A stretch of DNA of 64,000 nt from assembly GCA_002269645.1 (NCBI GenBank), contig NIVC01003399.1, forward strand, positions 1 through 64,000, given 5' to 3'. The stretch is from Macrostomum lignano (lineage: Eukaryota). The first letter of the stretch is position 1, and each line of letters opens with the position of its first letter. The notes beneath the pieces are model-generated. The model was not told the DNA's origin. It ran no database searches and saw only the letters and a program-made list of their open reading frames with translations. The position numbers and the translations under genes were made by a program. This document shows positions 10,511-23,340 of this stretch, piece by piece.

Positions 10511-12985
10511 GTAATAACACCTAGCTCGAGCAACCAAAAGCTCAGTTACTACACAAGTAACATGCATATGCAGATTTGAAAAAAAAACAATTACACTTTC
10601 TTTTAACAAAGAGATAAAGCATAATATATCAACTTAAGAATAACATATAAGCCTTAAATTCTACTTCAAATTCATTAATTCCATTCCTTATAGCAATTCA
10701 AATTATCTTTTTAATCTGATCTTCTTTAGTGCTTAAGTTGAAAATGGACTAACTTAAATGATGATATTTCCTAAATTGTAATTTTTTTAGACTGAAGTTT
10801 TGTTTGTTCTTTATAAAGACAAGACTTTGTTCAAAATAGGAGGTAAAATGTATTATATTATTGAACATGAGCTTTCTTGTAAATGCTTAAAAATACTTGT
10901 TTTTTAATATATTGTAATAATAATATAATAATAATATAATAATAATATATATAATAAATTAACTTGTCTAGGATAAAAAGCAAAATTGTCTAGCCTAGAA
11001 CATATTATATAATAAGGCAGGCTAAGCCTATTACAAGACTTAGCTAAGTTTTCTCTAATTCATTTCTTTGCCAATGTATGAGGGATATCCCAAAAGTAGT
11101 GTCACTTTTGTTTGCCATCATGATTCTGATAAGGTACTAAAAGTAAATTTGCCTTCATTTGCAAAGTGGCTTTTCTTGGCTTTATAGGGTCAAAGTCCCA
11201 TACTCTCACTATGATTCAGCATAGTGAGTTATGATATAAAGACCCTTGGCCATAGATTTCTAGATTTATAGTGTATACAGTCTATTCCAACTTCAGTAAA
11301 AGCAAGCATCTCAGTGGAGCTAAGACAGTACAGACTAGCAAAGCACAAATAACAAGGTTTTTTAATGTCATAGATGCAAGATTTATTTTTTAGAAAGGCA
11401 ATAACATGCCATATTTGCCCTCTAGAGTCTTGAAATCAGCCTTGTTCCCTATCTAAAGCAACTACTATGGGCTCACATTTGATAATTATAATTGTATCAT
11501 AGACACTATTGACTATATCCTAGTTCATAAGATTTCTTCAGAATTCTACACCAATGTGATCAATACATTTCATCTTTAATGGCAAGTGTGTCTAGCTGCA
11601 AAGAGACTTTATAGAAAAGAGGGCAATGTCTATATATATAATGGGAGCAAATATAATACTACTTTTAGGATATCCCTTATAGTACAATTAATATAAAATG
11701 TCACTATCAATATTTCTAGTCTTCTAGACCTAAAGAATTATTAATATGACAATAGAAGAATAATGCTTTAGTTAGGTAATGGCCCCAATAATAAGATTTT
11801 CAAGTTACTTTTATTTTTTTAATTATTCAATTTCATAAATCTCATTTATCTAAGACTAAGGCAGAATTAAAAAGACATCTTCCCTTAATTTAAAAAAATT
11901 ATCAAGTAATAAAAAAGTAGGGATAAGGCCCTACAAACCATTTTTGTATCTTTAATTTACCTTTTTAATATCTTAATGCAATTTGCCCATTAGGTTAGCC
12001 TAGGCCTCTATTATAATTTTTGTAGAAGATAACTTTTGCAAATATTTTAATACATTTTCAATAGGCCCTAAGGCATATTAAACTAACTTATATGCCTCAT
12101 TAGATGTCAAATAAGATTTTTATTGCAATTATCAAGATCTCAAAAAGGTCAAGATTTGTTACTATTAATTATTTTTTGAGGGTCTACTTTGCGCAGTTTG
12201 TTTTATTCTATATATTATATGAATAACTATAAGATTAAATCTAATATAGCTAGAGTAGTCAAAACCTTTTCTGCAAAATTTGACATTGCAATTTTGTATC
12301 TTTTAATGATTATTCATAATAGAACTTTTGATTTTTGTTTATTTTTTAAAACATAAAACTTTTGTCAATGTTACAATTTTTTTAAGTTTCTATGCTAGTT
12401 TTGCCTAGTTTAGGCCTATGATACAAAAGGCAAAAAAGTAATTATAATAATATAATAAAAAATAGGCCTACACTATATTACAACAAAACCATTATTTATT
12501 TTGTTAAACTAGCATGCTTTTTTATTTTGGAAAACAATTTATTTGATAAAATTCTAAATTAGCTAGGCCTATATCTATCATTAGATGCCACTGAATTGGT
12601 CAACACCTAATTTGTCAACTTTATTGTCATTGAAAAGTTTGGTTTACCTTACTATGCATTGTTGAGAATTTGGTTACCTGACAAAATACTATTTACTAGC
12701 TAATCCATATACTAAAAATAGTCTTATATTTATACTAAAAACAAGCTGTTGAAACCCGCGGATTTTGAACCCGGGGAATTCCAATCCCCGGAACTACTTT
12801 TGCATGTATTCTGAAATCTAAGGCCATCCCCCATACACAAACAAATTAATAGTTAGTAGGATAGAGGTAGACATAAAATGGAGCACATTTGTGTAAAATT
12901 AGGTTTTGAGGCAAACGTTGATATTGTTTGCTGGAATGCTAGGGTACTCCACAGAATGCCAGGCAATGTCTGTCTGACTCTAAAA

Positions 12986-13587
12986 CATGTATTGGCAAAC
13001 TCTGGCCTCTCCCTATGTCCCTTGGATCCTTTAAAATTTCTATCGTCTCTTCTGTTTCCTTTCTTCTCTCTCATCCCTCGTCTCTCGTCTCTCCTCTCTC
13101 TTCTCTCCTCTCTTCTTTCGTATCTTCCCTCATCTCTCTTCTCTTTCATCTCTCTTATCTCATCTCTTCCCTATTCTTTTCTCTCTCCTCTCCTCTCTCC
13201 TTTCTACTTTTCGTTTTCTCTCTGCTCTCCTCTCTCCTCTCTACTCTTTCGTTTTCTCTCTCCTCTCCTCTCTCTTCTCTCCCCCTCTTCTCTTGTCTCT
13301 TCCTTCTCCTCTCTATTCTTTTCTCTCTTCTCTTAACTCTCTCCTCTACTCTCTCATCTCTCCTCTCTACTTTTTCCTCTCTCTCCTCTCTCCCCTCTTC
13401 TCTCGTCTCTTCCCTCACCTCTTTCCTCTCTCTCTTTCCTCTCATCTCTTTTCTTGTTTTATCTCTTCTCTCTCCCCTCGTCGCTCGTCTCTTCCCTCAC
13501 CTCTCTTCTCTCTCGTCCGCTCTTTCATCTCTCCTTTCTCTTCTTTTATATTTTCTCTCTTATCTCTTCTTGTCTCTCTCTGCTCTG

Positions 13588-13654
<67 letters not shown>

Positions 13655-14509
13655 ATCTCTCTTCTCCTCTCTACTCTCTCCCTGTCTCTCCTCTCTCCTC
13701 TAGTCTCTGTAATCTCTTCTCTCTTATCTCTCCTCTGTTCTCTCCACTCTCCCATCTCTCGTCTGTTCATCTGCTCTCTCATCTGTCATCTTTACTCTCT
13801 TATACGTTCTCTCACTTATCTCCTCTGTACTCTTCTCTTCACCTCTTCTCACTCCTCTCTTTCCTTACTCCTCTCTTCTTTTCTTTTCCCTTTCTATACT
13901 CTCTCTCCTCTATTATCTTCTCTCGTCTCTCTGCACTCTCCTCTCACCTTTTTCATCTCTCATCTCTTCTTTGATCTGTCTCATCTCTACAATCTCATCT
14001 CTTTCCTCTCTCCTCCTCTTCCCTTTACTCTCTCATCTCTCCTTTCTCCCCTCTTCTTACACCCCTCTCTTATCTCTATCTCTTCTCTTCTCACCCCTTC
14101 TCTCCCCCTCTTATCTCCTCTCTTTTCTATCCATTCTACTCTCTCCTCTCTAATCTCTCATCTCCTCTTGACCCTCTGTCATCTTCTTTCTGCTCTCTCA
14201 TCTCTCATCTCTTCTCACTCTTCTCTACTCTCCTCTCATCGATCCTCTGTCTCATCTCTCCCCTCTTCTCGCCTTTACTCTTTCCTCTCCCTCCTTTCTC
14301 CCCTCCTCTCACTTCTTCCTCCCTTCTTCTCTGCTCTCTCCTCACCACTTGTCTCTCCTCTCATATTCCATGTTTTCTCATATCCCCCTCTCGCCTCTCC
14401 TCTCTTCTAATACTAATTAGTCTATTCCTTCTCCTTTCCACTCTCATCTGGCCCGCACATAAGCTGGATTCTTTATCTGGCTTTTGAAGTAAAAGTCTGC
14501 CGATCCCTG
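12986..14509. mobile_element. hAT-like MITE copy 2, inflated by a ~1.4-kb CT-rich low-complexity tract (13040-14445)
   Basis: Left CATGTATTGGCAAACT and right AGTCTGCCGATCCCTG match as TIRs at 12/16. Subterminal CTGGCCCGCA...GGATTCTTTATCTGGC...GTAAAAGT resembles the other copies. Confidence 0.6.
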
Positions 14510-15119
14510 CTTCGAAAGCCAGTTTGTGGGACGTACTACTCTCATGGTTGTTCTCATGCTTTGATCACGTCATCTTTCTTGCCAATTTGCAGCCCTGAAA
14601 GGAATTTGTGTATTTTCAGCTCCACTGCAGTCTGCATCAGTCTAACAACCAAGGAAATAAGCATTTCTTAGGACATTTAAAATTTAAAGTACTTTTAAGA
14701 GAAACCTAAAATTTCCATGGTGTGACTAATTTAGTAGGGTTGTATTGCATTGCATCGCCTTTTCATAAATCTTTCGCTTTTACAAACCATGCTGGATGGT
14801 GGATTCCCTCGATTTGCCAATTGCCAATTGCCATCCACTGTTAAACTGCTGCAGAGTTTGCCAATACAGAGGGGAGGGCAGTGGTTAGAATTTCTCACTA
14901 AACTGTCATGGCTAAACGTAGCCTCTCCACTCTCGGGGTGCAGAGAAGGCTATAAATAAAGTTATTCCAAAACACTGTACATTTGCTATGTACATTCAGT
15001 CCTATCGCCTGACCCTTCGTCTGGGCTGGGGGAATGAGCGAGTGAGAGGCACAAACAACAGAAAAAGCAGACAAAATTCACATGCTTACAGTTTCTGTCC
15101 TGATTGAGATACAGAGTTG

Positions 15120-15660
15120 AGACTTTACATGTAGGCAGAGAATGAGTCAATAAAGAATTGTGTCAAATTTGAAGTCAATCGCTTTACGTGGAGCAAAACT
15201 ATGGCAGCCGAAAGTTAGGCATTTTAAAACCTACTCACACCCTTTGCCCAGATCGGGAAAGAGAGGCAGGCGGGCGGAGGTTGGGGTGGCTGCCTCGCTG
15301 AAAAAAACAGCCAAACTTTAAAAGTGCACAGCGCCGTTCAGGATTAACTTTCAGACTCGAAATTTTACATGATTGTGCCAAAATAGTTTAAGATTATCTG
15401 TGTCAAATTTGAAGAGAATCGGTAGAAGTGGAGCGGCGCTATGGAGGATTTAGTGAAAAAATTGCGCATTTTGAGCAGTTTTTTGCACTTTTAGGTAGGA
15501 AGACTCAAATTTAGGAAATTAAAAGGTAGCCTAAGACATTTTCCGTAGTAAGTTTAGGGTGGGTGTAAAGTTTGGTGTCATTTGGTTGAGCGGTTTGGGA
15601 GTCCATAGCGAAGTAATTTGTCCACAGACAGACAGAGTTTTGATTTTTATAGGTAGAGAT
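15120..15660 (+). mobile_element. Helitron/Helentron-like non-autonomous element (DINE-1/HINE style); 5' boundary uncertain
   Basis: Three related blocks (GTGTCAAATTTGAAG.CAATCG, GTGTAAAGTTTGGTGTCATTTGG...) and a 3' end GAGCGGTTTGGGAGTCCATAGCG...ACAGACAGACAGA...TTTTTATAGGTAGAGAT, the style typical of these elements. Family assignment is from memory. Confidence 0.45.
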
Positions 15661-15777
15661 TAAAAAGACAAACCCTATTGAGAAGATACATATAAGATAA
15701 TGAAGGCAAATGGTTTTTATTTAATATTTTTACAAGCTAGTAAAACCCACAGATTTTAAACCTAATACTAATCCTTT

Positions 15778-16620
15778 GAAGGACACTTTCCTTCAAAGCT
15801 CCCACCTACCCAGGGAAATCCATATCCGTCTAAGCGCTGTCGTGTCTGCTACAGAAATGGAGTATCAAAGTGCACAGTGACCATCTGCAAGGGTTGTGTG
15901 AATCAGCCGGGACTGTGCATTGGAGACTGTTTCGAGCAGTGGCACGTTTAAGTGCAGTCCCTTGTTTGTGTGACTCTTCAGCCAGCATTTAGAGCTTACA
16001 CAAGTTTGCGCAACTTATCCTGTGCAATGTACGAAACTTGAGTATGTATCGTTGTTTATTATTCTTGTTCTAATGTCAGATATGGATTAGATATTGTAAA
16101 AAGTTGTAAATTTTTATTAGCAATGAACGACATCAGACAATTTAGTTATCTGAAAAAAATTACAGGTGCTTGTGAGTTCCAAGTAGCTCATATGGGGTCA
16201 AAACATAAGAAACAAATGCTTAAAAACTTCAAATATCAGTTTTTCCTCAATCCTTCCTTCCTTCCTTCCTTACCTTCTTCAAAAAACCTTTCTCATGTTT
16301 TATACTTTTCTAGACGGTACAATTTTCATGATATGCCTTTCTTTGTTCCAGTTTTTATTGCAAGAAATTATTGAGAAAATGTTTGATAAATTAGTTTATT
16401 TCTATAGTACTTAATTATTAAAAGCTTTAATAAAAAACTTTCGAAAGCCACGAAGTAATTGCATCTCTAATCATGGCATGCATGGCATACCATTTGTCAC
16501 TTATAAGTCTGTGTTCTTGCATCTTAAGATTTCTGCAGGTTTAAAAAAAGTTGTCTATGATAGTAAGCGGGCAAAGCTGTGAGCCATGGTATGCTATGCG
16601 TACCATCGGGTTCAATAGGG
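15778..16620 (+). mobile_element. piggyBac 3' remnant: C-terminal cysteine-rich domain (15778-15951) plus right terminus
   Basis: EGHFP...KRCRVCYRNG...TICKGC.NQPGLCIGDCFEQWHV* is the piggyBac transposase CRD pattern. The element ends ...TTCAATAGGG|TTAA at 16620/16621-16624. Confidence 0.75.
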
Positions 16621-19600
16621 TTAAATAGGTACAGATCTAGAAAATTTTAAATGGGAGGCGCATATTACAAAGGTATATATATATGTATGTAACTTACATA
16701 ATAAATGTTTTTTGTATAAAAAGAACAAATTTAAACTAGATGGGAGCATACTGCAGGTGCCCTATATGCCCCCCTAAAGCTGCCATTCAAAAAGCCATGC
16801 TTATTCTCATGGTCCTATGGTAAGTAGCTATGTAACTGGGTTTTTTGTAAATTAATGCAAATAATGGCATCCAAGAATTCAAAATTAGACTTTAAAATTT
16901 CAGCTATAATATGACTTCACAAATGTAATAGGCCTTTTAGCTCTCTCTAGAAATCTTACAAATGCCACCAAAGTTGACATAGGGTTTGCTTCTGTCCTTA
17001 TCAATAATCCCTTTGGTTAGCCACCTGGTTGTCTTCTATTTAATTAATGTACCTTTGCATGAAAACTTGTACTCTTATTATTGGTAGCATATGTACATGT
17101 ACTGTACTCTTTGGCCTGAGTGGTCTAATGGCACTGTCTACTCCTATAGGTCCTGGGCATTCCCTGGATCAGAGGTTCATAGCCTTAGCAAATTCTTTGC
17201 CCTAAAGCGATTTATACACTCTCTGAGGTTACTGCCCTAAGGCGATTTATATACTCTCTGAAGTTACTGCCCTGAAGTGATTTATATACTCTGAGATTAC
17301 TGCCCTAAGGTGATTCTCGCTTTCTAATGGTCTTTTTAGTAATACTCCCAATTTGGGGCTTTATATTGTCGCAATGAATAAGTCAAGTAAGAATGTTTTT
17401 GGAACATTTATTGAGTGGACTAATTGTCACTGTCTTACTTGAACAAGCGAATGCAAGGATATGCTCCTCTTGGCCTATTCTGGGCTTCTATTTATACTGT
17501 TTCATCTATGTATTTAAAACAAACTTAATTTTGTACAATATTATTAATATTTGTGCACACAACATTAAAACAAAAATATTATTATTTGGCAGAAATTTGA
17601 ATATGATAATTTTTAGGAAATAAGTTGTTTGCGTAACAGAAATATTCTATACTGTAACTGTAAGGCTAAATATACTACATTGCCTCACAACTTAAATTTG
17701 ATCCAGAGTCTGGATTCCAGACTAGACTACTAGACCAATGCAATACAGATTTTATTAGGCCCTGGGCCTAGATTAAACTGATGTCTAATGTCTAATGATG
17801 ACATGATGTTAAATTATTTGAAGAGCTTGTGTGCATGGCAGCTATCCATCCAATGTTATAATTATAATTGCATGCAAAGCAGCCACATCTATTTGTATAG
17901 ATGTATATATAGTAAGTTATAGGGCGTATACTAGGCCTATTCAAATTATATTCAAATTAACAAAAATAGCAATGAATTCAGATTACATTAGGCATACATA
18001 GTGTATGTGGGATAAAAAATTATAAAACAATTTAACAAAAAAAATTAATTAGGTTTAGGGCCTAGTTTAGTTAGGTCTAGGGGCCTAGTAGCAATGCACA
18101 GATTTAAAAGAAAGGGTCCAATTCACTAGGCCTATACTGTAGCCAACTGCTGGCTGCCATGCACGCAATTAAAACACTAGGCGGATGGCTGCCATGCATG
18201 CAACTAAAGCACTAGGTGGATAGCCGCCATGGACGCAATTATAACACTATGTCGACAGCTGCCATGCAAACAAGCTCTCCATAAATTATTAGGCCCTAAA
18301 CTAAAGCAAAGTGAGTCATGTCTCATTAGCTACAAAAACTAAATGCAATAGATAGTCGTTAGGGGCCTATCACGATACATGTTATGACGTCCGTGCGAGT
18401 AAGCAGAGCATTAGGGCCTATACTGGCATGAGATGGGACCATGGGATGGGATGGGATGGGAATGAGCACTACAAATTTTATAAAAAACATGCACTGATTC
18501 AACTCATGTGGTATTCGACAATCTAAATTTAAATTCATGTAATTTCAACTTTTGCTTTAATTCGTCACGAAAATTGACATCAAAAGTATGTCAATATTAT
18601 TTATAAATGTATTGTCAGTAACAAGAAAAAAAAGAACTTTTCTCGCGCAGCAAGTCACCGGCCGCGCAATTCATTTCAATGAAACGAGATATTTTTAAAA
18701 ATAAGTAGTGCGTCAACTTAACAAAAAATATTACTTTAGTTACTTCAAGAAAAAGTACTACTGATAATTTACTTTTAAATTAGGACCTAATTTTTAGTTT
18801 TTGTTCTATTTTCTATAGTGGTAAAGATTTTTTGTGGCAATATTTGCGTTCTCCGGGATTTTATTTGGTATCCGTAAAGTCTGTTATGTTTATGGTTTAT
18901 ACGACATATGCCCTTTAAATCTGATACTTAAGGCACCGAAAAGAAAACAGGGGTACCGAAATGGAGGGTACCAAAAGGCTCAGGCACCAAAAAGGGCGTA
19001 TACCCCAATTTTAATTGCCTTTTAAATTTGCTAAGCTTATTCGTTTTCAGAAAAACTTTTTATTCAAATTTGCATTTTTAATGATTCACATGAAATATTT
19101 GCATGTCACCAGCAGGAACTCTCAACTGAAGGATCCCTACCATAACTTACCTATCAATGTAAAATGATCTTCAAGCTATTAAGGACCATAAGCAGCTAGG
19201 AATCGAAGCAGGGTAAAAAATGACTAATAAACAAGTCATGAACGACTCATACATGGATTGCATGGCCTTGCACTCGCAGAATTCAGGCAGTGGTACTACG
19301 TGGATTTACCAGGATTTTCTTACAAGGTGCCGCGGGCCGGATGGTGGCCGAGTCAATTTTGTGTTCTACCTAAATTTCCAATTTTGGAGGGGCCTTATAA
19401 TTTCTTCAGTTTGTCGACAGAGTGAAGTCAGTTGAGCTGTCGAGGGTCAAGCTGGTGATCCAGGAGCTACAGTAATTTGGTTTCAACTGCATGGTCAGGG
19501 GGGGCTGAGTGGGTCAAGCTGCTCAGAAGCTGACAAGCTGCCAAATAAAGTGGGTTGAGGCAAGGGAGCAGATCGTGGGTCAAAGTGCGTCAAGGGGGCT

Positions 19601-20238
19601 GATATAGGCGGTAGAATGCACGAGCTAAGGGCCAAAATCACGTACCAGAGGAAATTAACACAGCTTAGTTTTCCAATACATGTACATGTAGGAACTACAT
19701 TTATAGCACCATAAAAATTCGTTGTGGCGGCCCCTGTGCATTGTTTACTTCAATTTTTGTCGTCAATTATTCAATAGGCAGCTGAGCTAGTTTACTTTGA
19801 GAAGTGTTGTTCAGACCAGTTTTCTTATAGAGCAAATCTGCTATCGATAACTTTTTTCAATCACATCATTTTAACGCGCAACCTCCTAAAACATGAAATG
19901 TGTTTTAAGTTGTTTATTATTCTATTTGATTTTTTATTGGAAAGAATGGAAGGTTGAAAAAACAAAATTTTTGCTTCTTCTATAGTAAAAGGTTGAAGAA
20001 TTACACCGGGTATATTTAATAACTACAGTGTATGCTATTTAGGCCTAGAATTTACTATAATTTGTTTAGAGGTACTGATATACACTACTGATTTCGTAGG
20101 TACTGATTTCGCAAAGCATTCGTTTAAACGTAGTTTGTATTAGTTATTTAAAGAATTAAAACGCCTTAGTTTATGAAACATGGTTGAAATTGTTGATATG
20201 ATTTCAGGAATAGGATTAAGTTTAATTATATCGACGCT

Positions 20239-21087
20239 TCACGGTGCGGTTTGACCATCACCATCGACCACTGGAGCTGGCGGCTGCTGTTCAGTCTCCA
20301 TTGGCAAGTCCTTCACATGCGGCTTCTCCTGGGCTGGCGGAGCCTCGAACGGCGCCAGAATGGTCAGCCGGCCGTCGTGACTGAGCTTGCTCGCCACCTG
20401 GTCCAGCTTGGTGCCGTCCGGCAGCTGGAAGATTCGCTCCAGCTTCTTGTACACCCGCTGCCCGCCGGCCTCCTCCTTGTGCTCCGCCTCAACCAGCACG
20501 CAGTCGCCCTGCTGTCTGACGCGAATCTCCTCCGGCTTGAACTCGCGCACGGACAGCTCGGCGCAGAATCGCTTGCCGCCCCCGTCGACATCTTCGACGT
20601 GGCCCATGGAGTCCTGGCTGATGTCCGGCGCTCTCAGTAACTCGCGCAGCTCATCCCACACTGAGTTCTCCGTCTTCTGCTTCTGCAATTGCTGCTGCTG
20701 CTGGTCCCGAAGCTCCTCCTTGAACGGCGCCTGCAGTAGAAGAATTCCTTCTCTAGTAAATCCGCTGCTAAGCTTCTCAACATCAACGTCTTCTGGCACG
20801 TCGATGGTTCGCTTGACCTCAGTGACATCTTCGCCGTCCTCGTGGCGTGCCGCTATCCGCATCTTGCAGCCGTCTCGCTTCACCGACACCTCGCTGGGCT
20901 CGAAGCCTCGCAGGTCCACCGACCGAGTCCACTGGCGCGGCCGCTTCGGCCCGCGGCTCCTCAGCCGGTGCACCAGAGGGTCGTGGTGGGGCAGCAGGGC
21001 GTCGTCCAGCTCGCTTAGAGCTGCCAGCAAAGGCAGCGAATGCGAGAATGGAGTATAGACGTTGCTAGGCGCTAGCCAGAGAGACAT
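20239..21087 (-). CDS. Small heat-shock protein with two alpha-crystallin domains (p40/Tsp36-like), 282 aa, intronless
   Basis: Two ACDs: VDLRGFEPSEVSVK...VKRTIDVPEDVD...GILLLQAP and LSVREFKPEEIRVR...LERIFQLPDG...DGRLTILAP. Confidence 0.93.
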   Translation of the reverse strand: MSLWLAPSNVYTPFSHSLPLLAALSELDDALLPHHDPLVHRLRSRGPKRPRQWTRSVDLRGFEPSEVSVKRDGCKMRIAARHEDGEDVTEVKRTIDVPEDVDVEKLSSGFTREGILLLQAPFKEELRDQQQQQLQKQKTENSVWDELRELLRAPDISQDSMGHVEDVDGGGKRFCAELSVREFKPEEIRVRQQGDCVLVEAEHKEEAGGQRVYKKLERIFQLPDGTKLDQVASKLSHDGRLTILAPFEAPPAQEKPHVKDLPMETEQQPPAPVVDGDGQTAP

Positions 21088-21170
21088 GCTGTTGTTGACT
21101 GGCGTATTATAATTGCTGATTTGAACAGTTCGATGAAAACTTAACTTCTAAACACGATGTGCTTTCTAGC

Positions 21171-21241
21171 TTAAATAGACTTGCTCTGACCTTCCAGAAT
21201 ATTCCAAATTGTAATGCGTTAAGAAAATTCTAGAATGTTCT
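21171..21241 (-). promoter_or_regulatory. Heat-shock promoter: TATA box plus two heat-shock elements
   Basis: TATTTAA at 21177-21171. cTTCcaGAAtaTTCc (21191-21205) has 3 perfect pentamers; aGAAaaTTCtaGAAtgTTCt (21222-21241) has 4. Confidence 0.85.
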
Positions 21242-21621
21242 TAAGTTGACGTGTCTCAACATATTAATCTTGTGAGGGCTACTTTAGCTACTAACAGTAG
21301 AAAAATTAGCAAAATGTCGTACATATTTTAGAATGCTTATATTTTCTCAAGAAAGACTAGATTTGTTTTCATTATAATTATAACTGATAAGTTAATCAGT
21401 TAAATCAATTTTTTTTTCTAAATTATTAAATCAGATATTAAAATAATGAGATCAACAACGATTTAAAAGTACGGTACGCTTATAAATGATTCTCAATTCA
21501 ATCAACATAAAAAACCGACCTTCTCGTAAAAAGTCTGTAAGAGGTTTGTAAAAAGTCTAGTTAATAGATGGAACATTTTACGTACACGGTACACATCATT
21601 TTTAATGTAGAATTCACAAAA

Positions 21622-21741
21622 AAGACAACGGCATTTGGTATTCCCAGGCGGTCACCCATCCAAGTACTAACCAAACCCAACGTTGCTTAACTTCGGTGAT
21701 CAGACGAGAACCGGTGTTTTCAACGTGGTATGGCCGTTGCC
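21622..21741 (-). rRNA. 5S: 5S ribosomal RNA, single copy
   Basis: Minus strand GGCAACGGCCATACCACGTTGAAAACACCGGTTCTCGTCTGATCACCGAAGTTAAGC...TAGTACTTGGATGGGTGACCGCCTGGGAATACCAAATGCCGTTGTC. Helix I closes (GGCAACGGC/GCCGUUGUC), boxes A and C are present, and a T6 terminator lies at 21623-21618. Confidence 0.97.
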
Positions 21742-21801
21742 ACTGGCTAATAGGAGCTTAGCTCATAATTAACCTGAACCTGCAGCTATACATAATAACA
21801 T

Positions 21802-22056
21802 TAGTGGCGGCGCAGCACCAACTCCGATTAGAGGGGGTGGTTGTTGGGTGGTCACCCCCCTTCGCCGGCGAATTTTTAGAGCATCGCATAAAATCTCACA
21901 AAAACGCATATAACGAGCTCGTACTAAAGAAATTATTGTGGGTCAGACCACGGAGGGATGGGAGGTACATGTAAGTCACCACCCCCCAGGAGGGTAGGTA
22001 GGAGGTCGCCCGGGGGCAGCAGCACCCTCTGCCCCCCCCCCCCGGCGCCACCACTG
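21802..22056. mobile_element. Short degenerate MITE-like element
   Basis: Ends TAGTGGCGGCGC and GCGCCACCACTG match as 12-bp TIRs at 10/12; no TSD found. Confidence 0.4.
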
Positions 22057-22694
22057 ATACCTAATAGGTAGTACGCTTAATTACGGGGCGTCTCGTCTCA
22101 TATATACGAGCAACAGTTGGTGGTGATTGCAATTATTAACCAATAGCTAGCTCAACGCAAGTGCAGTGCAGTTCGACTTTTTAATTTTAACTAGCGCCAT
22201 CCCATAAAAAAGTTGTACAATTGTACATGTACTCGTATATAGTCATAGAAGAGCAATTGATCTAAAAAATACATTTCATTATGGCAAATCGATCAAAGAG
22301 ATCGAGCCTGCACTGTGTACTGCACACCGCGATGCGCTCGCTGTATTATGTGTCTCTTGATGCTGCTGGTGCGACTCGAGGGCGAATGAATAATCATTAT
22401 TTATTGTACACACGGATAATTATTAATAATCAATTAATTTAGGCTTTGTTAGGCAGCCGCGGAAGCGCGGCTTGTCAAAAATTGAGTAGATCGCTCAATT
22501 GGATCCACGCGCGGTGTCTTACCATGCAAAATTAAGAGTCTTCGCAGTAGGAGACCGTCGGCATGGCAAAGTGAAATTAGGTGGAACACACCAGCTGGCT
22601 CTAGCAAGGGCAACAGTTCTGCGCTTCAGCCGCGAGCCGTAAGCTGAATTATTTTTTTGTCCGATTTTTTCTACTTAAAGTACGCTACGCCGAC

Positions 22695-23055
22695 TAGGGG
22701 CAGAGGGAACGAACTTTTTTTATCTAAGGCCAAGGGCCAGACAAAGAAAGCAGCTCATGACTGCGGACCAGAGGGGAGAGAAAAGGAGAAGGAATAATGG
22801 ATAGAGGAGAATAGGAGATCCGAGATTCGAGATGACGGAAAGAGAAAAGGCGAGAGAGAAGATGAGAGAAAGGATAAGAGGAGACAAGAAAGATTAGGAG
22901 AAAGGAGAGAGAGATGATAAGCAAGATGATAAGCCAAGGAGCGAAAATGAAAGCAGAGGGTGAGAAAAGAGGAGAGAAGAGACACAAACCTTGAGCGGGC
23001 CGGATTGCTATTGTGAAGTCTCAAAGGACCCGTGGGCCAGATAGAGTTTGAGTGG
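22695..23055. mobile_element. hAT-like MITE copy 3 (reverse orientation) with a ~215-bp GA tract
   Basis: Contains CCTTGAGCGGGCCGGATTGCTATTGTGAAGTCTCAAAGGACCCG, the reverse complement of the copy-1 core; ends degenerate. Confidence 0.65.
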
Positions 23056-23155
23056 TAACCTTGAGTGGTACCCCCCCCCCTCCGTAATGCATGGCTCCCC
23101 GCCCATGCTCCAAAACAAGCTCCTTATCGCATTATACTACAAATTGTTGGGCCTC

Positions 23156-23273
23156 ATTGGACAGAATTTTATCCCGTAGAAATTCCAATTGCCAACAAAT
23201 TGTAACTGGCCCAGCCAAACTGTCAGCCAGCCAATTAAACGCTAAAAATCTGCATGGGGTCGTCTTTATAAAA
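23156..23273 (+). promoter_or_regulatory. Candidate Sox promoter: three CCAAT boxes and a TATA box
   Basis: ATTGG 23156-23160, CCAAT 23185-23189 and 23231-23235, TATAAAA 23267-23273, about 70 nt before the ATG. Confidence 0.45.
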
Positions 23274-23340
23274 TACGAATGCGTTACTAAACTGAATAAT
23301 GGTAAAAGCTTGAAGCAACAATTCCATTCTAATTGAAAGC

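Noticed and set aside
13015-14410. Leu/Ser-rich 'membrane protein' ORFs
   Set aside because: They are translations of the CT-rich tract inside the MITE.
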